The translations under genes and the position numbers were made by a program. Under the pieces are notes generated by a model. The model ran no database searches and had not been told where the DNA came from. It worked only from the letters and a program-made list of their open reading frames with translations. Positions 1-9,378 of a stretch of 36,491 nt of DNA are shown here, one piece after another (position 1 is the stretch's first letter; each line of letters begins with the position of its first letter). This DNA is from Promethearchaeota archaeon (GTDB taxonomy: Archaea; Asgardarchaeota; Lokiarchaeia; Sigyniarchaeales; SOKP01), in the NCBI GenBank assembly GCA_018238625.1, contig JABCSY010000035.1, forward strand, positions 1 through 36,491, given 5' to 3'.

Positions 1-100
1 ATAACTAAGAAATCTCGAAAGAATCCAATAAAGAAATAATAATTTTATAATATTTTATTCTTTTTAAAATGCTTTATGTAATATTTATTCGAATTTCGTT

Positions 101-2761
101 CTAAAACCAATCATCTAATATTTTATAATCTGATGGATCTACTTTAGGTTTCTTTTTTTTTCTAATTTCTTGTTCTGTATAACCAGTTATCGGTTCGTAA
201 TAATAAAAAATAGGGCAGTCGTGGGGAAAAATTTTGCATTGGTATTTATTCATAGTTGTTCGAATTTTTACATCATCTCCTAAAGAACCATAAGGACAGA
301 AATTTAGGACAAGACATGGTTTTTTAACATTTCTCGAAATGATCATCTTTTTATTGAGCCAATTTCGATTTTGAACCATTTCCTGAAAAATATTTGGTTT
401 ATATGATTCGGGTATTTTACGAATGTTCTCCCTAATGTTTTCCATCAGATAAAATACCGGACAATCGTGACCGAAAGCATCACACGAATATTTAGAAATT
501 TCTTGCCTACATACGAAACTTTCAACCAGATATCCGTAAGGACATCCTGAATAGGACAAGCACGGTTTTTCAGCATCCTTAACTACAATTTTCCCTTGGT
601 TAAAAGAAGATTTCACATGTCGCTCTGTAAATGCTTGAGTGCCATCGTATTTCTTCCCCTCTTTTAATCTCAAATGACCTATGGAATTAGGAAGTTCAGT
701 AATTGGATTTCCAGTCAAATCAAATTCCCATAGATTCGTAAATTTATTTAAGAAGGGAGGAATTTCAGAAATACAATTATTTCTTATTCCAAGTCTGAAT
801 AAAACAACTAATTTTTCAATAGATTTTGGAAACTTAGATATTTTATTACCATTTAAATCAAAAAAATGAAGATATGATAAATCTCCAATTGATTCTGGTA
901 AATTTGACATATTATCAACGCTAATCCTGAGTTGTTCTAAGGTTTTTAAATTTCCAAAACAAGAGGGTAGGTTAAAAAAAACTGATCCTTGGATATTGAT
1001 AGATTTTACATTAGGCAGGTTACAAAAAGTGTCTGGAAGAGTATTGAGCTTTTTAGCATTATGGAAATAAATTCTTTCGAGATTTTCTAATCGTGGAAAA
1101 AAATCGGGTAACTTTTCTACATTAGGAATATATATATCGAATTCGGTCAAATTTCTTAAGTTTCCAATAAAATCAGGAATTTCTTTTAGATTCCTAATAA
1201 AAACCTTAAATTTTTTAAGTGCTTTAAGTTCCCCTATTGACGGAGGGAGTGTAATCCCTTCATATACGCTAAGTTCTAATTCCTCAAGAGCTTGCAGATT
1301 GCCAAAAAAATTTGGAATTTCTTCAATATTACTAAAAGATAATTTAAGTTTTCTTAAATGAGTTAAATTTCCGATTATCTCCGGGATCTCTGCTCCTTTT
1401 TTATTAAAATTTGTTAGTTCTAATTCAATTATATTTTTAATTTCATCTAACTTACGTTCGTGATATCCAAAAGTATCAAATATTGTGAGTATTAAATTGG
1501 TTGTAAATTGATTTGCATGTGGGGATTTTGATAAATAATCAATTAACTCCTCCTTATTCTTAAAGTTAATAAGTTGGGTTAATTTTTCCGAAAAGAATTC
1601 TAATTTCCATTTTTTCGTTTCAAGCAGAAGATCAACAAATTTTCTTTGATAATCACTTAATTTATTTGAAGACTCTAAAGTATTTTTAAAACCATTAGGA
1701 AAAAGTAAATTTAGTAAGGTTTCTGCAACATTAATACATGCTCGCTCGGGGTTGATCATATTCTCAGGGATTCCATGAAATGCATTTAGTAGAACGGGAA
1801 TAAGAATTTTATTCGCTCCAGAATGAACGAAATATAAAGCCATTTTTGTTTCTTCAATTTCATAAAAATGATATATTCCATAATCGCCCATTTCATCATG
1901 TTTCTCTTTTAATGAATTGATAATATCACCTTGAGCTCTATTAGGTTCCATAATATCAATCTCTTGCGGATCTGGCTCAGGGGGAAAGACAGTAATAGTC
2001 CTTTCACCAATATTATCATCTAATCGCTTGATAAGATTAGAGACTGGGATGGCAAGAGAATCTGGAACATTTCCTTTTTTGAGTATAAACACACCCAATA
2101 ATGCAGCAATTCGAACATCCTTCGGATAATTTTGATGTAGGAAATTAGTGAAAAGCTGAAGATCTGAGTCATCCTCAAGATATGTATCCAAAAGAGTAAG
2201 GGCTCCTAATAGATTTATAAGTATCACCCTATTTCTTTCTTTTGGAATAGCCTTCCTGAGCATCTCTACAGTCTCTTCCGCCTCGAACAAGTTAAATCGG
2301 AGGAAAAAAATAGTTTGGTTTCTTAACCAATCCATATCAGATTTAAAAAACTTAAGGATTAATTCCCACTGCTTAAACATTTCTCTATGCATATCTAATG
2401 TTATATCCTTTGGATATTTTTTTATAATATATTCAATATCAAAACCAAATGGTTCGAAAAAGTATTCATCAGGTTTGTAAATATCCCTAAGAAAATCAAA
2501 TATATTTTTGGCAAATTTATATTGCCCTTTATCTATGTGATATTGCAAAATCTTCCAGAAAAAAGGGACAGATTTAACTGTGCCTTCGTAAATTGTACCT
2601 TGATGGCATAAAATAGCATAGATATGCCACATGGTATCCTCAAAGACTTTCTCATTTGAGGTTATGAGTTTTCTTAACATATTGGGGACAGCTGTGGCAC
2701 TCCCATATGCAGTTTCAAAATATGACCAATCTTCATCATCAATATCGTCAAACATTTTCAA
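101..2761 (-). CDS. Leucine-rich repeat protein with N-terminal helical (HEAT-like) region and duplicated C-terminal Cys/His module
   Basis: 886-aa ORF. LRR units such as IPEIIGNLTHLRKLKLSFSNI and LPESIGDLSYLHFFDLNGNKI at about aa 440-700. N-terminus WSYFETAYGSATAVP...LCHQGTIY. Two KPC-x5-CPYG...C-x2-F-x-HDCP-x-FY motifs at the C-terminus. Confidence 0.85.
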   Translation of the reverse strand: MKMFDDIDDEDWSYFETAYGSATAVPNMLRKLITSNEKVFEDTMWHIYAILCHQGTIYEGTVKSVPFFWKILQYHIDKGQYKFAKNIFDFLRDIYKPDEYFFEPFGFDIEYIIKKYPKDITLDMHREMFKQWELILKFFKSDMDWLRNQTIFFLRFNLFEAEETVEMLRKAIPKERNRVILINLLGALTLLDTYLEDDSDLQLFTNFLHQNYPKDVRIAALLGVFILKKGNVPDSLAIPVSNLIKRLDDNIGERTITVFPPEPDPQEIDIMEPNRAQGDIINSLKEKHDEMGDYGIYHFYEIEETKMALYFVHSGANKILIPVLLNAFHGIPENMINPERACINVAETLLNLLFPNGFKNTLESSNKLSDYQRKFVDLLLETKKWKLEFFSEKLTQLINFKNKEELIDYLSKSPHANQFTTNLILTIFDTFGYHERKLDEIKNIIELELTNFNKKGAEIPEIIGNLTHLRKLKLSFSNIEEIPNFFGNLQALEELELSVYEGITLPPSIGELKALKKFKVFIRNLKEIPDFIGNLRNLTEFDIYIPNVEKLPDFFPRLENLERIYFHNAKKLNTLPDTFCNLPNVKSINIQGSVFFNLPSCFGNLKTLEQLRISVDNMSNLPESIGDLSYLHFFDLNGNKISKFPKSIEKLVVLFRLGIRNNCISEIPPFLNKFTNLWEFDLTGNPITELPNSIGHLRLKEGKKYDGTQAFTERHVKSSFNQGKIVVKDAEKPCLSYSGCPYGYLVESFVCRQEISKYSCDAFGHDCPVFYLMENIRENIRKIPESYKPNIFQEMVQNRNWLNKKMIISRNVKKPCLVLNFCPYGSLGDDVKIRTTMNKYQCKIFPHDCPIFYYYEPITGYTEQEIRKKKKPKVDPSDYKILDDWF

Positions 2762-2921
2762 TTCTCAATAATTTTAATTTGAACTCTTATTTGAAAAAAA
2801 AACTGATTTGGATAATATAAATAGATTTAATTGATAAATTAACACATAAAGAAATAAATATTTTTCTAATCATTACAAGTGTTTATTCTATTCAATTTCT
2901 ATCTTCTTTTATTAGATTTTT

Positions 2922-2944
2922 AAGGGGAGGCGATTCCTTTTTTC
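2922..2944 (+). terminator. GNRA-capped hairpin followed by a U-tract (possible intrinsic terminator)
   Basis: AAGGGGAG-GCGA-TTCCTTTT pairs with G-U wobbles and runs into a T tract. No + strand gene lies directly upstream. Confidence 0.3.
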
Positions 2945-3024
2945 TCAGAAAAAATAACTTAATTGTATTTCAAGCAGACCAGAGTCGCTCTAATACTCGA
3001 ATAACACCGAAAATAAGGGGGTTT

Positions 3025-3043
3025 GAGCTGACGGGAATCGAAC
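3025..3043 (-). other. tRNA 3'-end-like fragment (T-loop plus 3' stem), possible att-site remnant
   Basis: Minus strand reads GTTCGATTCCCGTCAGCTC. The 5' T-stem and the rest of a cloverleaf are absent. Confidence 0.3.
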
Positions 3044-3370
3044 TTATAATTCTTAAAGTGAATATAAATTTTTCCGAAATAATGATACATTTCTGTATAA
3101 ATAGACAAATAATAAAATAGGCATTGGATAATGTGCTTTGCTTATCCCAAATTCCGTAAAGGTTGATGGGATAGAGGTATTCGGACTGATACCACAAGTA
3201 ATTTATCAAAATATAATTGATACTATTATTTGAAATAAAATGGGTTTATTTTTATTCATTTTGATGGTCTGTAACGATTAATTTAATAGAAATACTTCCT
3301 TTTATTTTTGTAGCGAGTTTAGAAGATTTATTAAATTATTACTAACCAAAGTAGAATATTATAAGCTGAT

Positions 3371-4930
3371 ATGACTAACGATTTAGAAGAGGTTTCAGGA
3401 ATAGGAAAAGCAACGGCTGATAGGTTGAGAGCGTCTGGTATTGATACAGTTGAAAAATTAGCTTCAACTACTCTAAAAGAATTAACTAATCTAAAAATCA
3501 AAGGAGTAGGTGAATCTACAGCTATAAAATATATTGACAACGCTCAGAAATTAATTAAAGAAAAACCAAGTGATTCTGAACCTCAATTAAAAAAAAAAGA
3601 CGCTCCACCCAAACCAGAGAAACATGAACCAACTAAAAAACAAAAGCCAGCAAAAGGTAGTAATCTTAAAGAATTAATAAAAAAACAAGCAGAGTGTAAT
3701 ATCGGACTCGTGGGCCATGTAGATCATGGTAAAACCACACTAGTTAAGACCTTAACGGGCGATTGGACGGATAGACATTCTGAAGAAATAGAGAGAGGGA
3801 TTTCGATAAAATTAGGATATTCAAATGCGACTATTCTATACTGTCCTGAATGCGATGAATATCTTACGTACCATATGGCCGAAGCTGCTAGAAAAAAAGG
3901 TCAACCAAGATTTGTTTGCCCCAACTGTAAAAAAAATTTAGAGTTTAGAAGAAATATTTCCTTCGTCGATGCCCCTGGCCACGAAATCTTAATGGCTACT
4001 ATGTTAAGTGGAGCTTTTTTAATGAATGGCGCGTGTTTACTAATTGCCGCTGACGAAGTTTGCCCCCAACCACAAACGAGAGAGCATTTAGCCGCATTGA
4101 ATATTGCTGGAATCGAGAATATAATTATCATCCAAAACAAAATTGATGCTGTGTCTAAAGAACAAGCGTACGAAAATTATAATCAAATTAAAGCGTTTGT
4201 AAAAGATTCCATTGCTGAAAACGCTCCAATTATACCTGTTTCCGCAGTTTTTGGCGTTAATATCAATCTGATAGTTCGAGCGTTCGAAGAAATAATACCT
4301 TCTCCTAAAGTTCGTGAGGGCGAAGAATTTCAATTCTTAGTTGCTAGATCTTTTGACATTAATCGCCCAGGCACAGAAATCAATAAGTTAAGAGGCGGAG
4401 TTATTGGGGGGTCTGTATTAAAAGGTAAAATTAAGGTTGGCGAAGAAGTCGAAATTAGACCGGGTCTTCGAGTTAAGAACGATTTTATTCCAATTAAAAC
4501 CGAAATAGTGAGTATTAGTCAAGGGGATAATCTTTTAGAAGAGGCTAATCTCGGTGGTCTAATTGGTTTAGGGACTCAATTAGACCCCGCCTTGACAAGA
4601 GGGGACTCTCTAATAGGCCATTTAGTCGGTAAAACTAACACATTACCTGAAATTGTTTCACAAATAGAGTTACAAGTCAACCTTTTAGAAAGAGTAATTG
4701 GCTCTGAAATGCAAATAAGGGTTCAACAACTTAAACACAACGAAAAGCTCTTGTTAGTAGTTGGTACTGAAAAAACAGCAGGAACTGTTACAAAAATTTT
4801 GAAAAACTCTTATATTATCAATTTAAGTCCACCTATTTGCCCTCCTGAGAATTCTATATTTGCAATCTCTAGAATTATCAACAGGCGTTATCGATTAATA
4901 GGATATGGTAGATATTTTAATCAAAATTAG
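3371..4930 (+). CDS. eif2g: Translation initiation factor aIF2 gamma subunit with N-terminal helix-hairpin-helix extension
   Basis: NIGLVGHVDHGKTT, DRHSEEIERGISIKLGY, SFVDAPGHEILMATMLSGA, QPQTREH, QNKID, RSFDINRPG and RYRLIGYG are all typical aIF2/eIF2-gamma motifs. Confidence 0.97.
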   Translation: MTNDLEEVSGIGKATADRLRASGIDTVEKLASTTLKELTNLKIKGVGESTAIKYIDNAQKLIKEKPSDSEPQLKKKDAPPKPEKHEPTKKQKPAKGSNLKELIKKQAECNIGLVGHVDHGKTTLVKTLTGDWTDRHSEEIERGISIKLGYSNATILYCPECDEYLTYHMAEAARKKGQPRFVCPNCKKNLEFRRNISFVDAPGHEILMATMLSGAFLMNGACLLIAADEVCPQPQTREHLAALNIAGIENIIIIQNKIDAVSKEQAYENYNQIKAFVKDSIAENAPIIPVSAVFGVNINLIVRAFEEIIPSPKVREGEEFQFLVARSFDINRPGTEINKLRGGVIGGSVLKGKIKVGEEVEIRPGLRVKNDFIPIKTEIVSISQGDNLLEEANLGGLIGLGTQLDPALTRGDSLIGHLVGKTNTLPEIVSQIELQVNLLERVIGSEMQIRVQQLKHNEKLLLVVGTEKTAGTVTKILKNSYIINLSPPICPPENSIFAISRIINRRYRLIGYGRYFNQN

Positions 4931-4954
4931 CGAAAACAATCATCTTTATATTAT

Positions 4955-5284
4955 TTATGGAGAATAAGAAAGAAAAATTTCGCGAATTTTTCCTTTTATA
5001 AATCTTATTGATGTGTCTACGTTATCGAAAATTTTTTGTAAAGTATTAATAACATTAGAGTCATTATTAGAATTTGTTGGTTTCGTGATTATTTGTTTAG
5101 TTTCGTAGAGGATTAATGTGTCCTTAGCTTTAGCCAGAAAGTGAAGAATTACCTCAATCTTAACGTTCAAAGATAAATCTGTATCATTTTTGATCTCTTT
5201 AAATTCGTAGAAAACCTCATCCATTATTCGCTTGTCTAAAAAGCTTAAGAAATTTTCAATATCATCAATGAAAATTACAATCAA
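4955..5284 (-). CDS. Hypothetical protein (109 aa)
   Basis: TTG start 6 nt after the stop of the upstream gene on the same strand; no motif recognised. Confidence 0.7.
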   Translation of the reverse strand: MIVIFIDDIENFLSFLDKRIMDEVFYEFKEIKNDTDLSLNVKIEVILHFLAKAKDTLILYETKQIITKPTNSNNDSNVINTLQKIFDNVDTSIRFIKGKIREIFLSYSP

Positions 5285-5290
5285 TTTGTT

Positions 5291-7006
5291 TTATGATAGT
5301 CTCTTATGATTAAAATAAATAATTAAACCAATAAGTATCAAAGCTCCGTTAATACACCCAAATATAAGAATCCAAAGTGGGAAATATGGTACTTTTGTAT
5401 TTATGTAATTAACTTCGCTAAATGTATTTATTAACGCGTTCATTATAATTACATCATCTTGAAAAATTTTAACTGTGTAGTTTCCATTAGGAACATTCTC
5501 AATTAAAATCTCTCCATTTTCATTCGAATATGCAGGTGCCATAGGTTGAGTTAAATTATTTGAGATATAAGTTCCAAATACTTTTCCAAAATAAAGTAAT
5601 TCTATTCTATAACCAATTAGCGGCATGCGCATGATATCGGTAATAATAATGTTGAGATCGTTCGTAGCATCATATTTTAACAAAAACGGGTTTGTTTCAC
5701 CAAGAATGAGATAAGGGATCGTTAATCTCAATCCCTTCCTTTTTACGGCATTTTCAGTAAAGATTAAGCTATGCTCGATTGATGTTTGAGTAACGGACAC
5801 TATGACATCGTAGTAATTAACGGGTCTACCAAATAAAGAACTATTGCTGATAATTTGATCTGCAGTAATAGTGCTTTCAATTAAAGTTATATTTGATAAA
5901 TAAATATGTTTTGGGCCAGCTATTAAAGAAGGAAAGTATATTCTTTCCCGAATGTTTCTCCCTTCGATTAATCTATCAATAGCCCAACTGTAATCAACGG
6001 AATTCTCAAATTTAAAGGTGAAATTCGTTTTAAATGTTAAAGAAAATAATTTAGCATCAGCTGAGATTGTAACATTTATTAAATTCTCTTGTTCTAAAAA
6101 ATCATTAACTACTTGGTCGTCGATTTTTAATTGTTGGTCGTAAAATAGATTCTTATCAAGCGGATTAACGATTAATTCTACGACGAGATTGTCCGCAAGT
6201 AAAGGAGGGATCGTTAGATTATCTGAAACCTTTAATCCAGTTAGCGTAAAATCATAATAAAATGAAGGGCTAAAAATTTGTTGTTGTTGTTGCGTTAATG
6301 TTAAGATATTTTTTTGGTCTAGAGCTAATTCCCATCCAAAAGCGGTCAATTTATACTCAAAAATTAAATACATAGAAAAATTGTGAAAATTATCCTGGAA
6401 GTAGTTTTGATAATCGAAGATTAAATAATCATCAATATCAAGGGAGTATTCTCCTTCGCTTAATTCTTCAACGATCGAAGAAGATTCATTTTGTACAAGT
6501 ACTTGTTTGAGAACGTGTGGAAGCAATCTTGGACTATAAATTAAATAACCTTCCGATTCCCCTATAGAACTATTATATTGAACGCTAATCGACTCATTTA
6601 TCAAAACCGTTATTTTATCTGATTCTGGTAAAGACTTATCAAGATTATTGAACTGCGCTATTTCAGTAGTTTGCATATATTGCGTTTCTAAATAGGTAAT
6701 ATTTAACGCTCCAGAAATTAAATCATCGACGAGGTCAGGATATCTATCTGATCGATTAAAAATACCTTCTTCATGAAAAGTAAGTTTAGTTATTGTAATG
6801 TTCCCAAGGCCTTGCTCTGGAGCATCAATAATTGGGGTATAATCGTCTTTGGAGTAGTCTTGTATATTCAGATCAATGTCTGCGTTAAAATTTTCACGAT
6901 CCAAAGAGTTGTAATTGAATAGATCATCCATAAAGATTAATGGAATTATAGAACTTAAGACTACAAAAAGGACTACGAGAAATTTCCTGTAATTGGCGTT
7001 CATCAT
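5291..7006 (-). CDS. Membrane-anchored cell-surface (glyco)protein
   Basis: N-terminal hydrophobic helix and C-terminal TM helix with a basic tail (NHKRLS). Many N-x-S/T sequons. Beta-sandwich-like SNENGEILIENVPNGNYTVKI before the anchor. Confidence 0.8.
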   Translation of the reverse strand: MMNANYRKFLVVLFVVLSSIIPLIFMDDLFNYNSLDRENFNADIDLNIQDYSKDDYTPIIDAPEQGLGNITITKLTFHEEGIFNRSDRYPDLVDDLISGALNITYLETQYMQTTEIAQFNNLDKSLPESDKITVLINESISVQYNSSIGESEGYLIYSPRLLPHVLKQVLVQNESSSIVEELSEGEYSLDIDDYLIFDYQNYFQDNFHNFSMYLIFEYKLTAFGWELALDQKNILTLTQQQQQIFSPSFYYDFTLTGLKVSDNLTIPPLLADNLVVELIVNPLDKNLFYDQQLKIDDQVVNDFLEQENLINVTISADAKLFSLTFKTNFTFKFENSVDYSWAIDRLIEGRNIRERIYFPSLIAGPKHIYLSNITLIESTITADQIISNSSLFGRPVNYYDVIVSVTQTSIEHSLIFTENAVKRKGLRLTIPYLILGETNPFLLKYDATNDLNIIITDIMRMPLIGYRIELLYFGKVFGTYISNNLTQPMAPAYSNENGEILIENVPNGNYTVKIFQDDVIIMNALINTFSEVNYINTKVPYFPLWILIFGCINGALILIGLIIYFNHKRLS

Positions 7007-7250
7007 TATTACTTCAAAATATAATTATACAACAAAAAATTAAATAAAATTAATTAATTTATCTTAAATTTTTAATTTTTACATCAATTTCCATGTATAT
7101 CTGGACATGATACAAATATATTTATAGAATTTATTTTTACTTATTTATAGCATCTTTTGAAGGATTATTAATACACCCAAAAGGACTATGTTATTATTTC
7201 CATTCTGTATTAGTTTAAGTAATTTTACAATATAATATAAAATGATATAA

Positions 7251-8636
7251 ATGGTTCAAAAACCAGATCAAAAAAAATTTTTGGAAAAGCTTAATACCGC
7301 TGTAGATTTTTTTGAAGATAATTCTCGTAATCTTTACAACAATGTCATTGCGATTTCACATAATGACGCAGATGGTATTAGTAGCTTACAAATTATTCAA
7401 AATCTGCTTCATAAAATGAACTTAAATTACGATTATTTTATCTATAACCGATCTGTGTCATGGACAAATTATCTAAGTGGAATTTTACCTAAAGCTCCAA
7501 ATAATAAAACAGCGTTAATATTTACAGATGTCGGCTCTAATTTAGCAGAACTCATCCCGATCATTAAGAAAAGAAAAGAAGATTTTTACATCCTCGACCA
7601 CCATGAAGTAGATGGCGATATAGATTTTGATATGCTTCCAGATAATTTATTTTTTGTTAATCCTACGATTTTTGGGTTTGACGGACTTGATCATATCTCC
7701 GGGGCTACTTTAGCTTATATGTTTGCAAAAAAGATTAATTTTGCTACAATAAAACAAGGCTGGTTAGCAGTTATTGGAATAGCAGGTGATTCATTAAAGT
7801 CAATGGATAAGCTTCAATCGTTCAATAAGGAGATATATCAAGAGTTGGTTGATGAAGAAGTTATTTATGATGAAGAAGGATTAATTCTGTTTGGAAGCAT
7901 GCACGATTCCATAAAAAACGGTTTAAAATTCAGTATTTTACCTTTTTTAAATGGATATGGGGGTGAGAACGATCAAAAGATTAAATCTTTTCTAAACAAA
8001 TTGCAAATAAATCCAAATAAAAAAGTTGTTGATCTAGATAAAACTGAAATTCAAAAAATTATAGATAATACTAATTTAAATATCGGACACTTTGCTTTGA
8101 TACCTCAAAAACAAGGTTTATTGAAATTTGTTTTCGAACACGCTCTACTACTGAATATTTTGTCCTTTAAAAATATAAGCGCAGCACTTTCAATCATACA
8201 GCAAAGAACAATAACGCGCTATGCTAAAGAAATCTACTTTGAATATGTTAGTGGTTTAGTTAAAAATATGAAAATACTATCAAATGATTTACCTCGCTAT
8301 GAAACACAAAAAGCTATTTTTATTGATGCTGGAAATAGTCAAATTCCTCCAAGTAATTGGTCGGATACGGCAAGTTTTACTACCGTAAACGGGCTTTTAA
8401 AACCAAATAAAATGTTGTTTTTAGGGGGTTTTGAAAAAAAGTCTCAAATGGTAAAGCTAAGCATTAGATGTTCCAGGACATATTTAGAAAATAACGAATT
8501 GGGCGTAAATAAAGTCATTAGCGTAATAAAAAAGAATCTTGGCGGAACTGGTGGGGGACATAAATTAGCAGGTGGAATTAGATTATCGCTCCCATCGTTT
8601 AATATACTAAAACAAAAGGCAGATGAGCTCATTTAG
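7251..8636 (+). CDS. DHH/DHHA1 phosphoesterase, RecJ/Cdc45(GAN)-like
   Basis: Motifs HNDADG, FTDVGS, ILDHH, ISGA, GIAGD, SIR and GGGHKLAGG. Confidence 0.9.
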   Translation: MVQKPDQKKFLEKLNTAVDFFEDNSRNLYNNVIAISHNDADGISSLQIIQNLLHKMNLNYDYFIYNRSVSWTNYLSGILPKAPNNKTALIFTDVGSNLAELIPIIKKRKEDFYILDHHEVDGDIDFDMLPDNLFFVNPTIFGFDGLDHISGATLAYMFAKKINFATIKQGWLAVIGIAGDSLKSMDKLQSFNKEIYQELVDEEVIYDEEGLILFGSMHDSIKNGLKFSILPFLNGYGGENDQKIKSFLNKLQINPNKKVVDLDKTEIQKIIDNTNLNIGHFALIPQKQGLLKFVFEHALLLNILSFKNISAALSIIQQRTITRYAKEIYFEYVSGLVKNMKILSNDLPRYETQKAIFIDAGNSQIPPSNWSDTASFTTVNGLLKPNKMLFLGGFEKKSQMVKLSIRCSRTYLENNELGVNKVISVIKKNLGGTGGGHKLAGGIRLSLPSFNILKQKADELI

Positions 8637-8656
8637 CTCAAAAAAAGTAAGTTATT

Positions 8657-8962
8657 ATGGATTTTATTAAAATAAAATCGAACAATTTGTTTTTATTGCA
8701 GATAAGAGTAAAAACAAATTCTAAAAAACGAGAAATTTTACGGTGTTCTGAAAATGATTCTAACTTAACAATATTACTTCGTTCGAAACCCGTTCAAAAT
8801 AAAGCGAATAGAGAACTGTTAAATTTAATAAAAAAGAAACTAAAAGTTCCTTCAGATCAGGTTCAGATAATCGCAGGTCTAAAGAAAGCAGATAAAATAT
8901 TACAAGTTAGCTTTTCCGAAAATATCGTAGAATCAGATATAATAAAGCGAATTTTCAATTAA
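8657..8962 (+). CDS. DUF167/YggU (UPF0235) family protein
   Basis: IRVKTNSKK...SKPVQNKANRELLNLIKKKLKV...IIAG pattern; 101 aa. Confidence 0.85.
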   Translation: MDFIKIKSNNLFLLQIRVKTNSKKREILRCSENDSNLTILLRSKPVQNKANRELLNLIKKKLKVPSDQVQIIAGLKKADKILQVSFSENIVESDIIKRIFN

Positions 8963-9000
8963 ATAGTAAAACTCAACTTTAAGATGTTATTGAAGCTAAA

Positions 9001-9363
9001 TTAACTCCCAATCTTTATCATCTTACCACATTTTAGGCAAGTGATAAAATGTGTCATCCCCTCATCCGCACTCCTAGTTTGCCTAGTTTCTAAATGAGCT
9101 TTATCGTAACCACATCTTCGACATTTAAAATTTTTAATAGAGCTTCTTAAATTTTCTTCTTTCCACTTCATAAATTCGGTTAGATTTGATACTTCTTCTC
9201 TAACAGAATGTTCTATTTTAGTTTTTATTCTGTACGAATTAGATTTCTCCTCAGTAAAAGGTTTCGTTGCTCCACACTTACACTTAAACACTTTTTTACC
9301 GTTTACCGTTGAGGGGAGCATCATACCCCCTCCACATTCATCGCAAAACTCCAATGTTATCAC
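9001..9363 (-). CDS. tfs: Transcription factor S (TFS/RpoM, TFIIS-like cleavage factor)
   Basis: Two Zn ribbons (FCDECG...CKCG; CRRCG...CLKCG) and the acidic hairpin QTRSADEG. The real start may be the TTG three codons downstream, after AGGAGTGA. Confidence 0.92.
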   Translation of the reverse strand: MITLEFCDECGGGMMLPSTVNGKKVFKCKCGATKPFTEEKSNSYRIKTKIEHSVREEVSNLTEFMKWKEENLRSSIKNFKCRRCGYDKAHLETRQTRSADEGMTHFITCLKCGKMIKIGS

Positions 9364-9378
9364 TCCTATTAACTTAAC

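Noticed and set aside
2970-3209. 79-aa ORF in the LRR-eif2g gap
   Set aside because: TTG start, no motif and low-information composition; likely spurious.
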